Below, piece after piece: positions 50,880 to 64,000 of a stretch of 64,000 nt of DNA (position 1 is the stretch's first letter; every line of letters begins with the position of its first letter). The position numbers and the translations under genes are program-made. The notes below the pieces were generated by a model. That model searched no databases and was not told the origin of the DNA. It saw only the letters and a list, made by a program, of their open reading frames with translations. Source of the stretch: Rhina ancylostomus (taxonomy: Eukaryota); the NCBI GenBank assembly GCA_030265395.1, contig JARFYF010000012.1, positions 22,636,213-22,700,212 on the forward strand, given 5' to 3'.

Positions 50880-51405
50880 CTCCCTGACACAAAAAATCCT
50901 TTCCACAATCTACAAGGCACAAGGAGGAGTGTAATGGAATGCTCACCATGTGCCTGGATGAGTGCAAATAAACAATTATCAAGAAGCTGAACATTATTTA
51001 GACCAAAGTGGCCTACTTGACTGGTACCCTTTCAACGTATACATTCATTCCTTCCACCATCAGTACACAACAGCTGCAGTTCATATACATTCTAAAAAAT
51101 GCACTGCAGTTACTCACCCAGGCTAATCTGTGAGCACCTCCCAATTTCATAACCTCTGCAAACAAGAAGGACAAAGACAGCAGGTAGATCGTAGCATCAT
51201 CACCTGCAGGTTCCCTCCCAAGTTGCACAGCATCCTGATTTGGAAATATATAACTTCATTGGAAGTAGATCCTGGAACTCCCCACCGAACATCACTATTG
51301 GAAAACCACCACCAATGGTTCAAGAAGATGGCTCACCATCACCTTCTTAAGGGCAATTAGGTTGGACAATAAATATCAGCTTTGACAGTTATCCTAAAAA
51401 TGAAT
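50880..51405 (+). mobile_element. Old LINE 3' fragment
   Basis: Ends caccttcttaagggcaattagg...aataaat; homologous to the reverse complement of 5380-5950. Confidence 0.8.
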
Positions 51406-52804
51406 GAGTGAATAAATCACCTGCAATGAGATTTTCAACTTCTCTGCTCTGAAAGATGAAGGTTCTTATTTTACTCACAAAACAACCAAGTTTTATTTAT
51501 CTATTTTCCCATGAAATAGTTTTATTAAAATATCCAGTGCTCAAACTGCTTTCTTTGTCCTCCCTGTGGTATCTGACCTCCTATAATCTCATATTTGTCA
51601 AACATCGACTGTCCATTTCCCTCCATAGATGCTGCTTGATCTGCTGAGTTCCTTCAGCATTGTGTGTGTTGCTCACATGTGTGCCTGGATTACTNNNNNN
51701 NNNNNNNNNNNNNNNNNNNNNNNNNNNNNNNNNNNNNNNNNNNNNNNNNNNNNNNNNNNNNNNNNNNNNNNNNNNNNNNNNNNNNNNNNNNNNNTCTCAT
51801 ATTTGTCAAACATCGACTGTCCATGTCCCTCCATAGATGCTGCTTGATCTGCTGAGTTCCTTCAGCATTTTGTGTGTTGCTCACATGTGTGCCTGGATTA
51901 CTTGCATGTCTGGGCTGGCCCCGCTAATCTCCAATGCTAGGGATGCCAGGCTAGATTTCTGGAAGTTTTCTGTAGCTCTCATCCAAAATGAACATGCCTC
52001 CAGCAAGCACCACCCTTCAACAGGTTCTTGGGGTCCCTCTGATCCTTTGGAAGCACTTTACCACTCTCCTCCCATCATTGCAGGATCCATTCAATTAATG
52101 GTAACATTCCCCAATATATGTAAGAGGGTTCCTTATTAAAGCTGCCTGCAACGATCACAGCTGTTGTTTTCATACTGAAAACAATGAGAACTGATAACAC
52201 AACAATGGGAATGTTGTGCTGAAAATAAATATAACAGTTTCAGTGTGGCAATACACAGAGAAATATGACAAATCACTTTTGTGAACCTCCTGTACAGAAG
52301 TGTTCCTGTGCTGGACTGTTCTATGAAGTCCTCTATCTTGACATAACTTTCACAAATAGCAATAGGGTGATTTGCAATGCTATTTTAAAGGCATGAAGCA
52401 AATCCAATGACATTATGTTTCAATGAATTCCTTCATCACTGAAAGATAACTGGAAATCTTTAAACTAAGTTAATAATGGCAATTTCCCTGCAAAAATAGC
52501 AAGGATAAAAAAAAAATCTTAAAAGAAAAGAAATAGGCTGCAATGATGCTTTCAAAATTACAGGCAACCCTTACTTTATGACTGTTCGGGTAATGGAAAT
52601 TTGCCCTTACAGAAATCACAAATCACTACCTAAAAACTTGAGATACAGAATAAAATTCAGTCTCATGGAATTTATGCATGAAAAAATAAATAAACACCTT
52701 TTTTTTCAACTGATATTTCTTGATCAATATGCAGATGATGTGGCTTCACATTATGGAAAATCGCGATGCAGGCCATTTTCTATGAACCCAAGTCTCCGTG
52801 TCAC

Positions 52805-55660
52805 AAGGATTGCCTGTACTGGTCTATTGTGAAAACCTTTCTGATTCACTAATGTTCTTCAGGGGAGAAATCAGCTGCCCTTATCAGGTCTGGCCCATAT
52901 GCTACTCCAGATCAATAGCAATGTGATTGACTCTTAAAATCTGTATAAGCTGGCTTAGGTAGCAATACAGTTGTATCAAAACACTGTTAATATACTTGTC
53001 AAACTTCTTAATATACAATAAGAATGAAACCTGGCATTAATCAAGGATTTGGACATATGTTCTGCTCTCAGCCCAGTCAACTTTGCCATGTCCTCCTCAT
53101 GAGTATCTGGAGATCAGTTTCTAGATTGGGAGGGAGATCCCAGAGATTGGAAAAACTACACCCAGATCCAGTGGTGCTCATAGAGTCTTACCTTATACAC
53201 AACGTCCCATAATTCTCCATCACAGTCCCTAAGTACCTCCTGTTCCACCTGTAAAACAAAACCAACAGAATGCAAGGTACAGTGGTATCCAGCTAGAGGG
53301 AATAGCAGAGGGAGTCCTTAACATTGACTTCAGGCCACAATGTGTTTCATGAAATATGATCAAGGAAGTCTCCTCCTGATGACCACTTACTGATTTCCCA
53401 ACTGATATTAGTAGTATTCCTCCATCTTGAAAGCACCAAGACTAGCAAGGCCTATTCTGGGTGGGGAACTATAACGGCAGATGTTTTTGTTCATAACAAC
53501 AATGGGTGGAATGACCACTGCACAATCCTTGTGGAGGAAAAGTCCCATCTTCTCACCAAGAGCACACTTCATCATGTTAAATGGCACCACAATTCTACCA
53601 TATGGGATAGATTCAAAACAGAAATTACATCTCAAAATTGGGCATCCATGAGGCACTGTGGGCCATCATCAACAGCAGCAGAAATGTATACCACCCCAAC
53701 ATTTAACTCTTGGTCCAGTAACTCCTTCACTCTTCATTGATTGGTGAGTTTGAAGACAACACAAAAATTGACGGCGTTATGGATAGAAAAGAAGGTTATC
53801 AAAGAATACAGCAGAATATAAATCAGTTGCAGATTTGGGTGGAGAAATGGCAGATGGTATTTAATCCAAGCAAATGTGAGGTTTTGTGCTTTGGGAAGTC
53901 AAATGTAAGAGTAATGTATACAGTGAATGAAACCTTTAAGAGCATTGATGTACAGAGGGATCTTGGGGCCCAAGTCCAAAGCTCGCTGAAAGTACCAACG
54001 CAAGTAGTTAGGGTGGTAAAGAAGGTGAATGTCATGCTTGCCTTCATCAGTCAGGGCACTGAGTATAAGAATCAGGAAGTCATGTTGCAGCTTTATAAAA
54101 CTTTGGTTAGTCCAGATTTGGAGTATTGTGTGGAGTTCCAGTCACCCCTTTACAGGAGGGATGTGGGGCCTTTGGAAAGGTTGCAAATGAGGTTCACTGG
54201 AATGCTGCATTGATTAGAGGGTATTAGCTCTAAGGATAGGCTGGATAAATTTGGATTGTTTGCTCTGGAGCATTGAAGGCTGAGGGGAGACATGATAGAA
54301 ATTTATAAAATTATGAGAAATATAAACTGGGTAGGTAGTCAGAGTTCTTTCCCCAGGGTAAAAACATCAAATAATAGAGCGCATAGCTTTAAGGAGAGAG
54401 GGGGAAAGTTTAAAGGAGATATTGTTTTTACACAAAGAGTGGTGGTGGAAGCAGACACGATAGTGGTGTTTAAAAGGCATTTAGACAAGCACATGAACGT
54501 GCAGGGAATGGAAGGATATGGATTGTGTGCAGGTTTAGTTTAATCTGTTCTATGTTCTATATCCATATGCTTCAAAAGCAACAAAACTTTAATATGATCC
54601 ATTGGTTGTAGGATCAGAAACGCTGTAGCCTGCCATATCTCATCATGTGTAATGGTAGACAATTAAACAGGTAATAAAAGGAGATGCTCCAGGGACATCC
54701 CATCTTAAATAATCACCATTTCCAGTATGTAAGTGCCAAAAACATTATGGAAACAGGCCGTTCAGCCCACTGAGTCTACGTTGACTGTCAAGCACCCATT
54801 TACACGAATCCCAAATAATTCTGCCTCAAAGACAATATTGCTAGCAAGGCTAATAGCTTGGAGGAAAGGGAAAATTAGAGCAAAGTAATTATGCTTTAGA
54901 TTATGAGTCTGTTGGACAAAGTTAAAATAGGGTGTTTCTTAGCACTACATCTTCCATGTGAGGCATCCAGAGAGTGTTTCTGCTACTGCTATTTCAATTC
55001 TGATTTGGATCTGAAGCTGTCTGGGCAGGGACAATCAGATAAGGTTCACAGGGTAGCAGAGCTCAGGACTCCTTTATACAGTGTTCTAAAAACAGAACCA
55101 AACACTACAAACAAAATAATATAAACACAAACACTATTACCAAAGACATGACATAAAATGTAAAATGTTGCAAACTATTCCACTCTAATAGGACCTCTGA
55201 ATGTTGAGCCTCATTTTTAAATGCCGGTGGTCAACCCAGTTTGGAGTTAAAATTATCTTTCAAATTATCTGTTTAACTCCAAGCATTACTCATTTCCTAA
55301 CTATAAATGACTTTAGATAGAACTCATGATGCTGACCACTCAATATAATCTGCCTCTGACTTCTTGCAAGGTGTCCTTTACAATAATTCATTCCTTAACT
55401 GCATCTACTCCTCTCTCTCAGCAGTCAGAAAATAAAGCAGTCCATGCCTGCATGCAGCAAGACATAGATAACATACAGAGATTGGCTGATAAGTACGAAG
55501 TAGCATTCACATCACTCAAATTCCTGTGGACAATGATTATCTCCAATGAGAGAGAAAATAACATCTACCTTTAATATACAATGGCACTGTGTTCTTCAGG
55601 ACACCCACCATCAATATTCTGCGGGTTACCATCACTCAGAAACTCAGCTGGATTAGATGA
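52805..55660 (+). mobile_element. Old LINE (SINE-like 5' body, APE, RT pieces), fragmented and interrupted by CR1
   Basis: APE N-terminus SIWRSVSRLGGRSQRLEKLHPDPVVLIESYL; RT piece MQQDIDNIQRLADKYEVAF. Confidence 0.75.
53737..54560 (+). mobile_element. CR1 3' fragment (RT C-terminus to tail)
   Basis: FEDNTKIDG...WQMVFNPSKCEVL...LYKTLVSPDLEYCVEF; gttctatgttctat tail. Confidence 0.95.
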
Positions 55661-58534
55661 GGACTATCTAATCAAACCAAGAAGCAGGAATCCACTTCAT
55701 CATGTATCTTTTTTTATTCTTAATTTTACCACCATGTTTTTGAACTAGTTATTTTTTTCATTACATATGGCTGAATGTACAATTATGATCCTGACATATT
55801 ATATTTGTTTGGTGTCACTGACAATAGAAAGCCTTAGAGTGAAACATTGGACATGCAGAACCACTTGCACAATTTGTTGCACAGTTTCCTGCAAAGAAGG
55901 TCTTGACCAGGCATGAAAAGTAGAACTGGGGTCTAACTTCATTTAAGTGGTAAAACAAATAAAACTCATCCATTGTATTTTGCATTGCTTGGTACAACTT
56001 CATTCCAGCCAGGCACAAAATAAAATTAGCAAATATCTACTAGCTGGCCTATCTAAAGTATCTTCTTGAAGTCAATAGGAAAATCAATGGCTTTGAATAG
56101 CCCCCTTTAAGCAGTATACAAGTGAATATTAAAGTGTTTGCATTGCAAAAATATATTAAAAAGGTGTCAACTTGGGTAAAAAAAAATCTTATCTGCACAA
56201 CCAATGACACACTAGCTCATAGAGCACCTACAATGACATATGTGACATAAGTCNNNNNNNNNNNNNNNNNNNNNNNNNNNNNNNNNNNNNNNNNNNNNNN
56301 NNNNNNNNNNNNNNNNNNNNNNNNNNNNNNNNNNNNNNNNNNNNNNNNNNNNNTCCCTGTGCTGTAATCAATTGAAATGTCTTGCTGTTTTTCAGGCAGG
56401 CATACCTCAAAGGATTATGTGGGCCTCCATAGAAAAGCAGGTTTTAACAGCAGGATCATGCCTTCAACTGTACTACATAAATTAATATTCAATCAAAAAG
56501 CTTTGTTGATGAAACAGGTGCAGGTCACCTCAGTTCCTTCCAGGGGCCAGAGAAGTGGTGGTAGAGTGCTGTGAAGAGGATGTGTAAATGTTGAGAAATA
56601 CTTTCTCTTATTTGACTCGAATGCCTTATCCTCAGGGGTACAGATCTATTCTGGAAGTTTGGATTACATTGTATATGTCTTTCTCAACCAGCACAGATAT
56701 GATGGGCTGAAGGGCTCTTTCTGTGACATAAGTTTACTATGAATTTTCAATGACTACTTACTGCTGGGCCTACAGAATAGCTAGCAGCAAAGGACAAGGG
56801 CTTCAAGGCAAAGAAAGACTTTTCAGAGAATCCCAAAACAGCAAGGAGAGAAGGTTCAAGCCAGAAGAACTAACATATCCTTTTGCAGACAGAGTTACAG
56901 CATGCATCTTTGCTTGATTGCTCGGTCTGATAGTCTGCGGCAAAAACCAATTCAAATTCTCCATTATCAAAGATAGAGATCAATTATGATCAGGAGACCA
57001 ACCAGGCACTTAATCACTGATTGTGCAGCAGAATATGAATATTGGCATTATCTTCTTTCCTGGTCATCTGTGTCTCCATTACTAAGGCTGATATCCAGGA
57101 TGTTTGAGGAGTCCAAAATGCCAAGGAAAATTATCTACTTGCCTTTAGAAATGCAGCTCACACCAGGAAGTTTCTTCTAGATCACATCATAAAGAGCCCT
57201 ATATGTTTTTGCCTTTTAGAGTATTATCCACACCACATGGAACACGTGTCTAGAAATTCATCAGCTGCATTAGTTGGCGATAGAATGATGCTCTGATGAC
57301 TGTTTTGGTCTTGGATCTTCCACTTGAAAATTCACTGACACCCAGGGCCCGTGGTGTTGGCTACTGTTGAATTAGCCTTACCTGAGAGAAAGCCCTTCCT
57401 ATCAAACTCTACAACATTTCAGACCACATAAAGAAAACCAAGCAAGTTTGGGGCCATAGCCAGGTCCATTGGGTTATGGGGAGAGAGGCCAGGGCTGACA
57501 AAAATAGCTCTGTGCAATTTAATTTCCTGGCCAGCAAGATGACAGCTGTCCCACTTACAACCCCATGTGGCAACCTACACTTCACTGCAGTCCATTATTG
57601 ATTCCCTGAGTGTCAGTTTGCAGTTGAATGTCTGGACCTTGTGGTAGGATTTCACCTGCTCAACCTTCTTCAGAACTTAAGAGTTGTTTTGAGATGCTGA
57701 TTGACCAGGTTTTTGGTTTTGTTTAAGATTTCCAGTGGCTGTAGTGGTTTACATTTGACACTGCAAGTACACTGACTTCATAATAAGAAACAGACTGGAG
57801 CAGATCCACCTGAAATATCGACCATCCATTTGCCTCCACAGATGCTGCTTGACCTGCTGAGTTCCTCCAGTGGTTTGTTTTTTGTAGCAGATCCCACTGA
57901 GTTGAGGATATTCCAGTCTCTTTGGAAAAAATGTATTTCTGATATTTTTTGCTATTTTGTTTGCAGAATATTTTTGAGGCTGTTATAAAATAGAGAAACA
58001 TACCTGAAAAAATGAGAGAGAACACAAGAAATTAATTTCATTTTTGATGTTGATCTTTACATTACTTTGCTAAGTATAATTTTCATTTTAAAAACAGGAA
58101 TTATATTTTTAGTTACTGTATATTATTGAAGATTATATATTTACCTTTTAGCAATGTACTGTTTAAATGCATTTAAAAAATCCATATCAGAAGATCTAGG
58201 CAGGTTTAGAGGTTTTTGGGATGGGAAACTCTGAGATACAGTATTTGAATGATTGAGCTGATCTTTGTAATTTACATCCTGGTATCAGTGTATTATGTTA
58301 ATTGTCAGGGATATTATAAATATCCTAATTTAAAATAAATTGTTAAGAAACCTTCCTTAGTAGTTGAAAAGAGAGTATTTTTATGCTCCCTTGTGAGACA
58401 ATTAGTTTAATTTCCTCAGCAGATCAGGATTCATTTGTAGGCTTCACAACTGGAGATCTGATAGTTTTATTGCACTTAGACTGAATTTTCTGACTTGTGA
58501 AGCAGTAGTTACAGAAGTAATTGACAGTACTTAC

Positions 58535-58740
58535 CTTTATTTCTGATTGTAAAGTGGCTGAATCTGCAAAGACCCCAGGTGATCTCTGAACTGCTCATCT
58601 CCTGACTTACTACATGCTGGTGAATCAATTCTTTTGCCAGTCTCTCATCATGCCATTAGTAGCTTAATCTCCTGGAATGTGCGTCAACAAGAATCCTCCC
58701 CTTTCAGAAAGCCAGGCTCCACTAAGGCTTTTCAGGTTGT
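58535..58740 (-). pseudogene. Possible fossil Harbinger Myb/SANT-like ORF exon
   Basis: Decayed KALVE ... ITWGLCRFSHFTIRNK|gtaagt, resembling the RTW.QCRK.FNDL..AK|intron pattern of Harbinger DNA-binding ORFs. Confidence 0.35.
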
Positions 58741-59009
58741 TGATTGACAAGAGGCCTCTGAATAAGACCCTGGTTCAGTCTAGAACTTGGGGAGTTGTGG
58801 GGGAGCAAGTCCAAGGAGTGGGAGGGTGGGAGGGCCTGAAGTGAGACAAGGGTCCGAGACCAACTCTCTTGCATGTGGACGTCCATTTGGAAGATCTGCC
58901 CCTTAACTAGACTGCACCTCACCTGTTAAAGTTTGATACTTTTCCCCCTGCAATTGAGGATATTTATAGTGATTGTGACGTAGCTTAAAATATACCTTTT
59001 GTAAGGCAA

Positions 59010-59300
59010 GGTATCTTTATTAGTTACATGTACATCGAAATACACAGTGAAATGCATCTTTTGTGTAGAATGTTCTGGATGGCAGCGTGCAAGTGTCGCC
59101 ATGCTTCTGACACCAACATAGCATGCCTACAACTTCCTAACCTGTACATCTTTTGGAACGTGGGAGGAAACTGGAGCATCCGGAGGAAACCCACACAGAC
59201 AGGGGGAGAACATACAATCTCCTTACAGACAATGGCTGGAATTGAACCCGGGTCGCTGGCGCTGTAAAGCGTTACACTAACCACTACATTACCATGCTGG
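59010..59300 (-). mobile_element. V-SINE-type tRNA SINE, same subtype as 24460-24745
   Basis: Reverse complement closely matches 24460-24745. Confidence 0.9.
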
Positions 59301-60569
59301 TCTTCCTTAACTCCTTAATAAATTAGCAGATTGATTTGCTCTATCTACTAAAAATATCAACCCACACAGCATTGTAGCTACCTTGGATTTTAAAACTAAG
59401 GAACATTTTCTGGCCTCCAGCTATTTACTCTGCATTTCACTAGGGTTGCCAAATGTCTCATTACAAAGTAAACAATACATGACAGATATGTGCTTGGTTT
59501 AAAGTGGTAAAGCACAATTGAAAAGTTCATCTTCAAGGACTGTAGAGTAACTATAATAATAATTATGATAGCATTCAATCATTTTTCCCTGATACTAATC
59601 CACTTGGGGGAAGTTTTTGGTCCAGGTAGTTAGTTGGTCAAATGGTCAACAGTGCAATATTCCCAAAATAAAACTTGCATCATAAATGTAACAAGAAATC
59701 AACAATTATGTAAGACAAATGACAAAATTTACCAAGAAATTGGGAGACATACAGAAGGAGAGGGAAAATGACACAAGTAAAATGCAGTAATGAAAATGTT
59801 GGAGAATTTGAGACAATCAAATCAGAATTGTTGCTGGGAATCAAAGACATAAGAACGAATTAAAGACATAACAACAAAGAATTTTTAAAAATCTTTTTAG
59901 TTGCAGGATCCTGCACATGTACATTTTGTTTGCAGTTTCTGTACTCCTCCAGTTCTGGCCTCTTGCATGCCCCCCATTTTAATCACTCAACTAGTTGCAA
60001 ATGAACTTTCAGCTACCTGGGCTCCCGTCTCTTCAACACATTCCCTGAACCTCTCAGATGATTTATTCCTCCGTCTTCACTGTTGCAATTCTGCATCCAA
60101 TTTTGGGTTAACAAACTCCCCCAAACAACAATGTCATAATGACCAGATAATATGTTTCTTTTGGTGAAGCTGATTAAGGGATAAATGTTGGTATAGCTCC
60201 CCAACTTTTCTTCAAAGTGGACTTGTGAAATACTTTACACGAACTTCAAAGGACAGACCAAAGTAATATTATTTCCTCTGAATTCTCTTTCCTTTCCTGG
60301 CTCCCTACATATCACTATTTTTTCTTATAACAATAAATTCTATATATACATGCTCAGGGGTAAGATTTTCTAGATCTTGTTGGACAGTACAGCACACTTC
60401 ATGTTGGATTGGAGGGTCATTCAATAAAAAAAGAAATGTTTCTGATGAAAGGTCATAGATCTGAGTGTTTAACTCGGTTTCTCTCTCCACAGATGCTTCT
60501 GGGAGTATTTCCAGCATTGTCATTTTTTATTTAATGCTTCTAGCATTCGCAGTTTTTTGGTTTTTGAAA

Positions 60570-60950
60570 CAAACCAAGACTTATTTATATAAACTGGCTT
60601 TTATAATCCCAGAGGTTCTGAAGTATTTTATAGCCAATCAAATAGTTCTGAAGTACAGTTGCCATTTTATAAAAGGGAGAAAATAGCTGCTGACTTGCAC
60701 ATAAGAAGGTTGGAAAAATGAACTAAAGAGAAGATAATAGTTTTCTAGTGCTTTTTTTGATGGTATTGGTTGAGGGATAAATGATGCCATAGGAACTTTT
60801 CTGTACACCCTTACCTAGGCTTTTAAATTGAGGAATGACTGCAGCAATACCTCAATATTGCATTGAAAAGGCAGCCTGGATAAAATGTTGAAAAGCCTGA
60901 ATTTATAACCTTCTAAATCATGAACATTAAGTTATACTGGGTGATGGCTG
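60570..60950 (-). mobile_element. Decayed Deu-domain SINE (another fragment at about 60130-60270)
   Basis: ttggttgagggataaat...cagcaatacctcaatattgcattg. Confidence 0.5.
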
Positions 60951-61052
60951 ACAGCATAAAATGCAACAAGAATAGAAACACAACAATTTCAAATCATTTA
61001 CTTTGTTTTTGTTGCTTTTAAATGGAAGTTATGAAGCTGAGCAGCAACTTAC

Positions 61053-61135
61053 TTATTTTGGGATCCACAGACAAGGAATGCATAGGATATTCCCTGCTGC
61101 TTAAATGTCAAGTGGATGTATTTCTGGTTTCCAGT
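61053..61135 (-). CDS. Candidate 83-bp exon (TGNQKYIHLTFKQQGISYAFLVCGSQN; phase 0 to 2)
   Basis: Acceptor ctaatttacttaaatag| with branch-point-like ctaat; donor |gtaagt; only one frame open. Confidence 0.3.
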
Positions 61136-61659
61136 CTATTTAAGTAAATTAGACTGTTTCCTGTTTCTGTGCCCAGCTAGTGTTCCTTCAAAGGAAATGA
61201 TCACAATGTCCAATCATTTCCTTTGCCTCATTAGTAACAACATGTATTGCCTCGGAATCAAATATTTACTCATTCAGATCCCATTCCAGAGACATAAGGA
61301 TGAATGTAATTTTGAGAATAAGTGTGAAAAGTAGCTGTGGGAGTAGGGGTGGTGGTACAATGGGAGCTGAAATACTGGAAAAATAAAAGGACATGGGAAA
61401 GTCAGCTACAATCTCCTGAAACTAAAAAAAAACTACAAATGCTGAATAAAAACAGAAATATTTGAAATAAAATTGCTGGAAACACTAGGCAGTATCTGTG
61501 GAAAGAGAAGCAGAATTAACATTTCAGGTTTGATGAATCTTTAAGAAATTTAGAAATTTTTGTATAATTATAATGAATAAAGATGTAGAGAAGGGGAAAA
61601 GGTGGGCAGAAATGGGAGTGAGCTGGTAGGTACAGGTAATATTTGCACCACAAAAAGTG

Positions 61660-62370
61660 CCAGGCAATGACCAGCTCCAGCAAGAGAGAGTCTACCTACC
61701 TAACCTAAACATTCAATGGCATTGCCATCACTGAGTTCCCCACCATTGACCAGAAACTCAACTAGTCCAACCAGAAAAACACCATGCCCACAAAATGAGA
61801 TCACAGGCTGGGTTTCCTGCAATGTACAACTCACCTCCTGGCACCCCAAGTCCTTTCTACTATCTTCAAGGCCCAAATTAAGAGCATGATGGGATATTCC
61901 CAACTTGCCTCAATGACTGCAATGCCAACAACTGTCAAGAACTCAACACCATCCAAGACAAAGCAACACGTTGATTAGCACCCCATCAACCACACCACAC
62001 GACCATTCACTCCACCACTGATGCACAGTAACAGGAGTATTTGTCATCTACTAAATACACTGAAGTGAGTCAACCAGACTATTCCAACACCATCTCCCAA
62101 AAAAATGGGCTCTAGCACCAAGAAGGACAAGGGCAGCAAGTGTATGGGAACATCAAGTCACACACCATCCTGACTGGGGAATATATCACCAGTCTTCCAT
62201 TATCACCAAGTTTAAATCTTGGCCCTCCTCAACAGCACTGTGGGAGAACCTTCGCTGGAAGGACTGCAACAGTTCAAGAAGGCAGCCTATCACCTCCTCC
62301 ATAAGAGCAACCAGCAATGAGCAATAAGTGATGGTATGCCAGCAGCATCCATATCCTGAAAATGAATACA
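61660..62370 (+). mobile_element. Old LINE 3' fragment
   Basis: Collinear with 50880-51405. Confidence 0.8.
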
Positions 62371-63169
62371 TAGAAAAAGATGATAGAGTAGAAACCAAGA
62401 AAATAGGATGATAAAGATGTCAACTGAGAAAGAGTTAAGAGGGCTGGTTAATTAGAGAAAATCTATCAGGTGTAGGTTTAAATATAAGGAATAATACAGG
62501 AGGAAGAAAGTAAAACCTTGCTGGAATGGTGAGATATAGATCACAGCCAATGCTGAAAAATCTGAGATAAAGGAGAATGTTGGGAGACCCCTGCTAGTCA
62601 GGCAGCAAGATTATGGAATATAAAAAAATGAGTAACATCAGAACTAACCAAAAAAAAACAAATTGCAAATTTGAAACAAAATCAGTAAATGCTAGAAACA
62701 TTCAACGGGCTAGGCAACATCTACAGAGACACAAACAGAAGCGATGCCTTGAGGTTTCAAACCCCTACAATGAGATGTCATTGAATCAAAATATCATCCC
62801 AACCCCCCACCCCCAACAATAAATGCCACCCAATTTGCTGAGGACACCTAGAGCATTCTCAGCACTCCCTGCTCTTTCATCATATCTGGCTAGTTCTGAC
62901 GTAAAATGGAAAGGCTGGTTATCTTAGATTCAGGGTTGAGTCCCAATGGGTCTAGCATACCTAAGCATGACTCAAGCTTATGTTGGGCTTCATTTGAACA
63001 TTATAAGACTCTCTGACTCTGGCCTATTATATTGCTTCAACAAAGCCCATGGAATTATTGCTTATTTTCCACCTGGACCTGCAGCATCTGTTCCTCCAGC
63101 AGTTTGTTTTTTTGCTCCAGGACCCAGCAGCTGCAGTTTCTTGTGTCTCCATTTAGACATGCTATAACT

Positions 63170-63765
63170 TTGATGAATTAACCCCTCATTCTCCTAAACT
63201 GAGTATTGGCCTTTCTAATCGATAGGACAATTACAGCAATAATGCCATTGAATGTACAATGCATTGTCATCCTTTCTTATGTATGAATATGAAAACTGGA
63301 TTTAGTACTCCAGGTCTGGTCTCACCAAAATCATTTATATTTGCAGCAAGAACTGTTTACACTTATACTCCAGCTCCCCTGTAATAACGCTGTAATACAA
63401 GATTTGCCCATCTAATTACCTACCTAAATGTATTAACTTCTTTGTACATTGTATAAGTACACTCAAATCCTTCTAAACACCTTGTTTCCCTGCTCTCCTG
63501 ATTGAAATGAATAACCTAAAATGTCCATATTTTCTCCTCTACCTACTTCTTCCTTGCTCATTCACTTAATCTGGTTACATCATTCAGCAGACTTCTTCTG
63601 TTCCTCTCACATCTTATTTCCCCATTTATCTTTGAATTATTAGTATATCTAGGCAAACTATATGGTCCTTTCATTTAAGTAGTATAGAAGTTAAGAGAGC
63701 TAGGACTTCAGCACTGATCCATGTGGCATTTCTTCAGTAACTATGGAAATACCAAATAGTGCGTT
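63170..63765 (-). mobile_element. Highly decayed CR1 fragment
   Basis: cccctcattctcctaaact, tactccaggtctggtctcacca, cagcactgatcc. Confidence 0.55.
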
Positions 63766-64000
63766 CCTAATCCTGCAGATTGAGAACACCACAAATCAGC
63801 AAGAAACCTTAGGAGAACTACAATCTGTTAGAGCCAGATCTGGAAGGAGAATGCATTGATCAAATGTATGAAAGGCTTTGCATCAAAGTACACAGAAACT
63901 AGAGAGCTCTTTTGGATTTTTTTCCCTTTTTGTTTTCATTACTAAAGAAGGATTGTAAAATATATGACTTAAGTTGTATTAGGAGTATAATTGTACCATG

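Noticed and set aside
51588-51903. Direct repeat of about 107 bp on both sides of a gap
   Set aside because: Near-identical contig-end overlap (2 mismatches), typical of an unmerged allelic overlap.
1-64000. CRISPR arrays, operons or other prokaryotic systems
   Set aside because: No regularly spaced repeat-spacer array; the sequence is vertebrate intronic or intergenic DNA.

Overview
AT-rich, repeat-dense vertebrate genomic DNA with several N gaps. The repeat set (CR1 LINEs, HE1/V-SINE-type tRNA SINEs, Deu-type SINEs, Penelope-derived palindromes, Rex1/Babar, L2, RTE and Harbinger fossils) points to a cartilaginous fish, probably a ray. Almost all ORFs in the track are decayed transposon pieces or noise. 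The only confidently recognisable host-gene sequence is one intact 204-bp PRICKLE1 LIM exon (32442-32645, minus strand), with no other Prickle exon visible. It lies in a GC-rich block (32086-35259) capped at both ends by outward-facing CR1 3' tails. That block splits the RT domain of an older LINE at one point, so it looks like a genuine transposed gene fragment. The block may sit in an intron of an unidentified minus-strand gene, best supported by a 619-bp open exon at 2942-3560 plus phase-compatible small exons. Other notable items are an old single-ORF LINE with a tRNA/SINE-like 5' head and Penelope-derived hairpin elements with paired minimal hammerhead-ribozyme cores. Repeat boundaries are approximate and family names come from motif recognition, not database searches.
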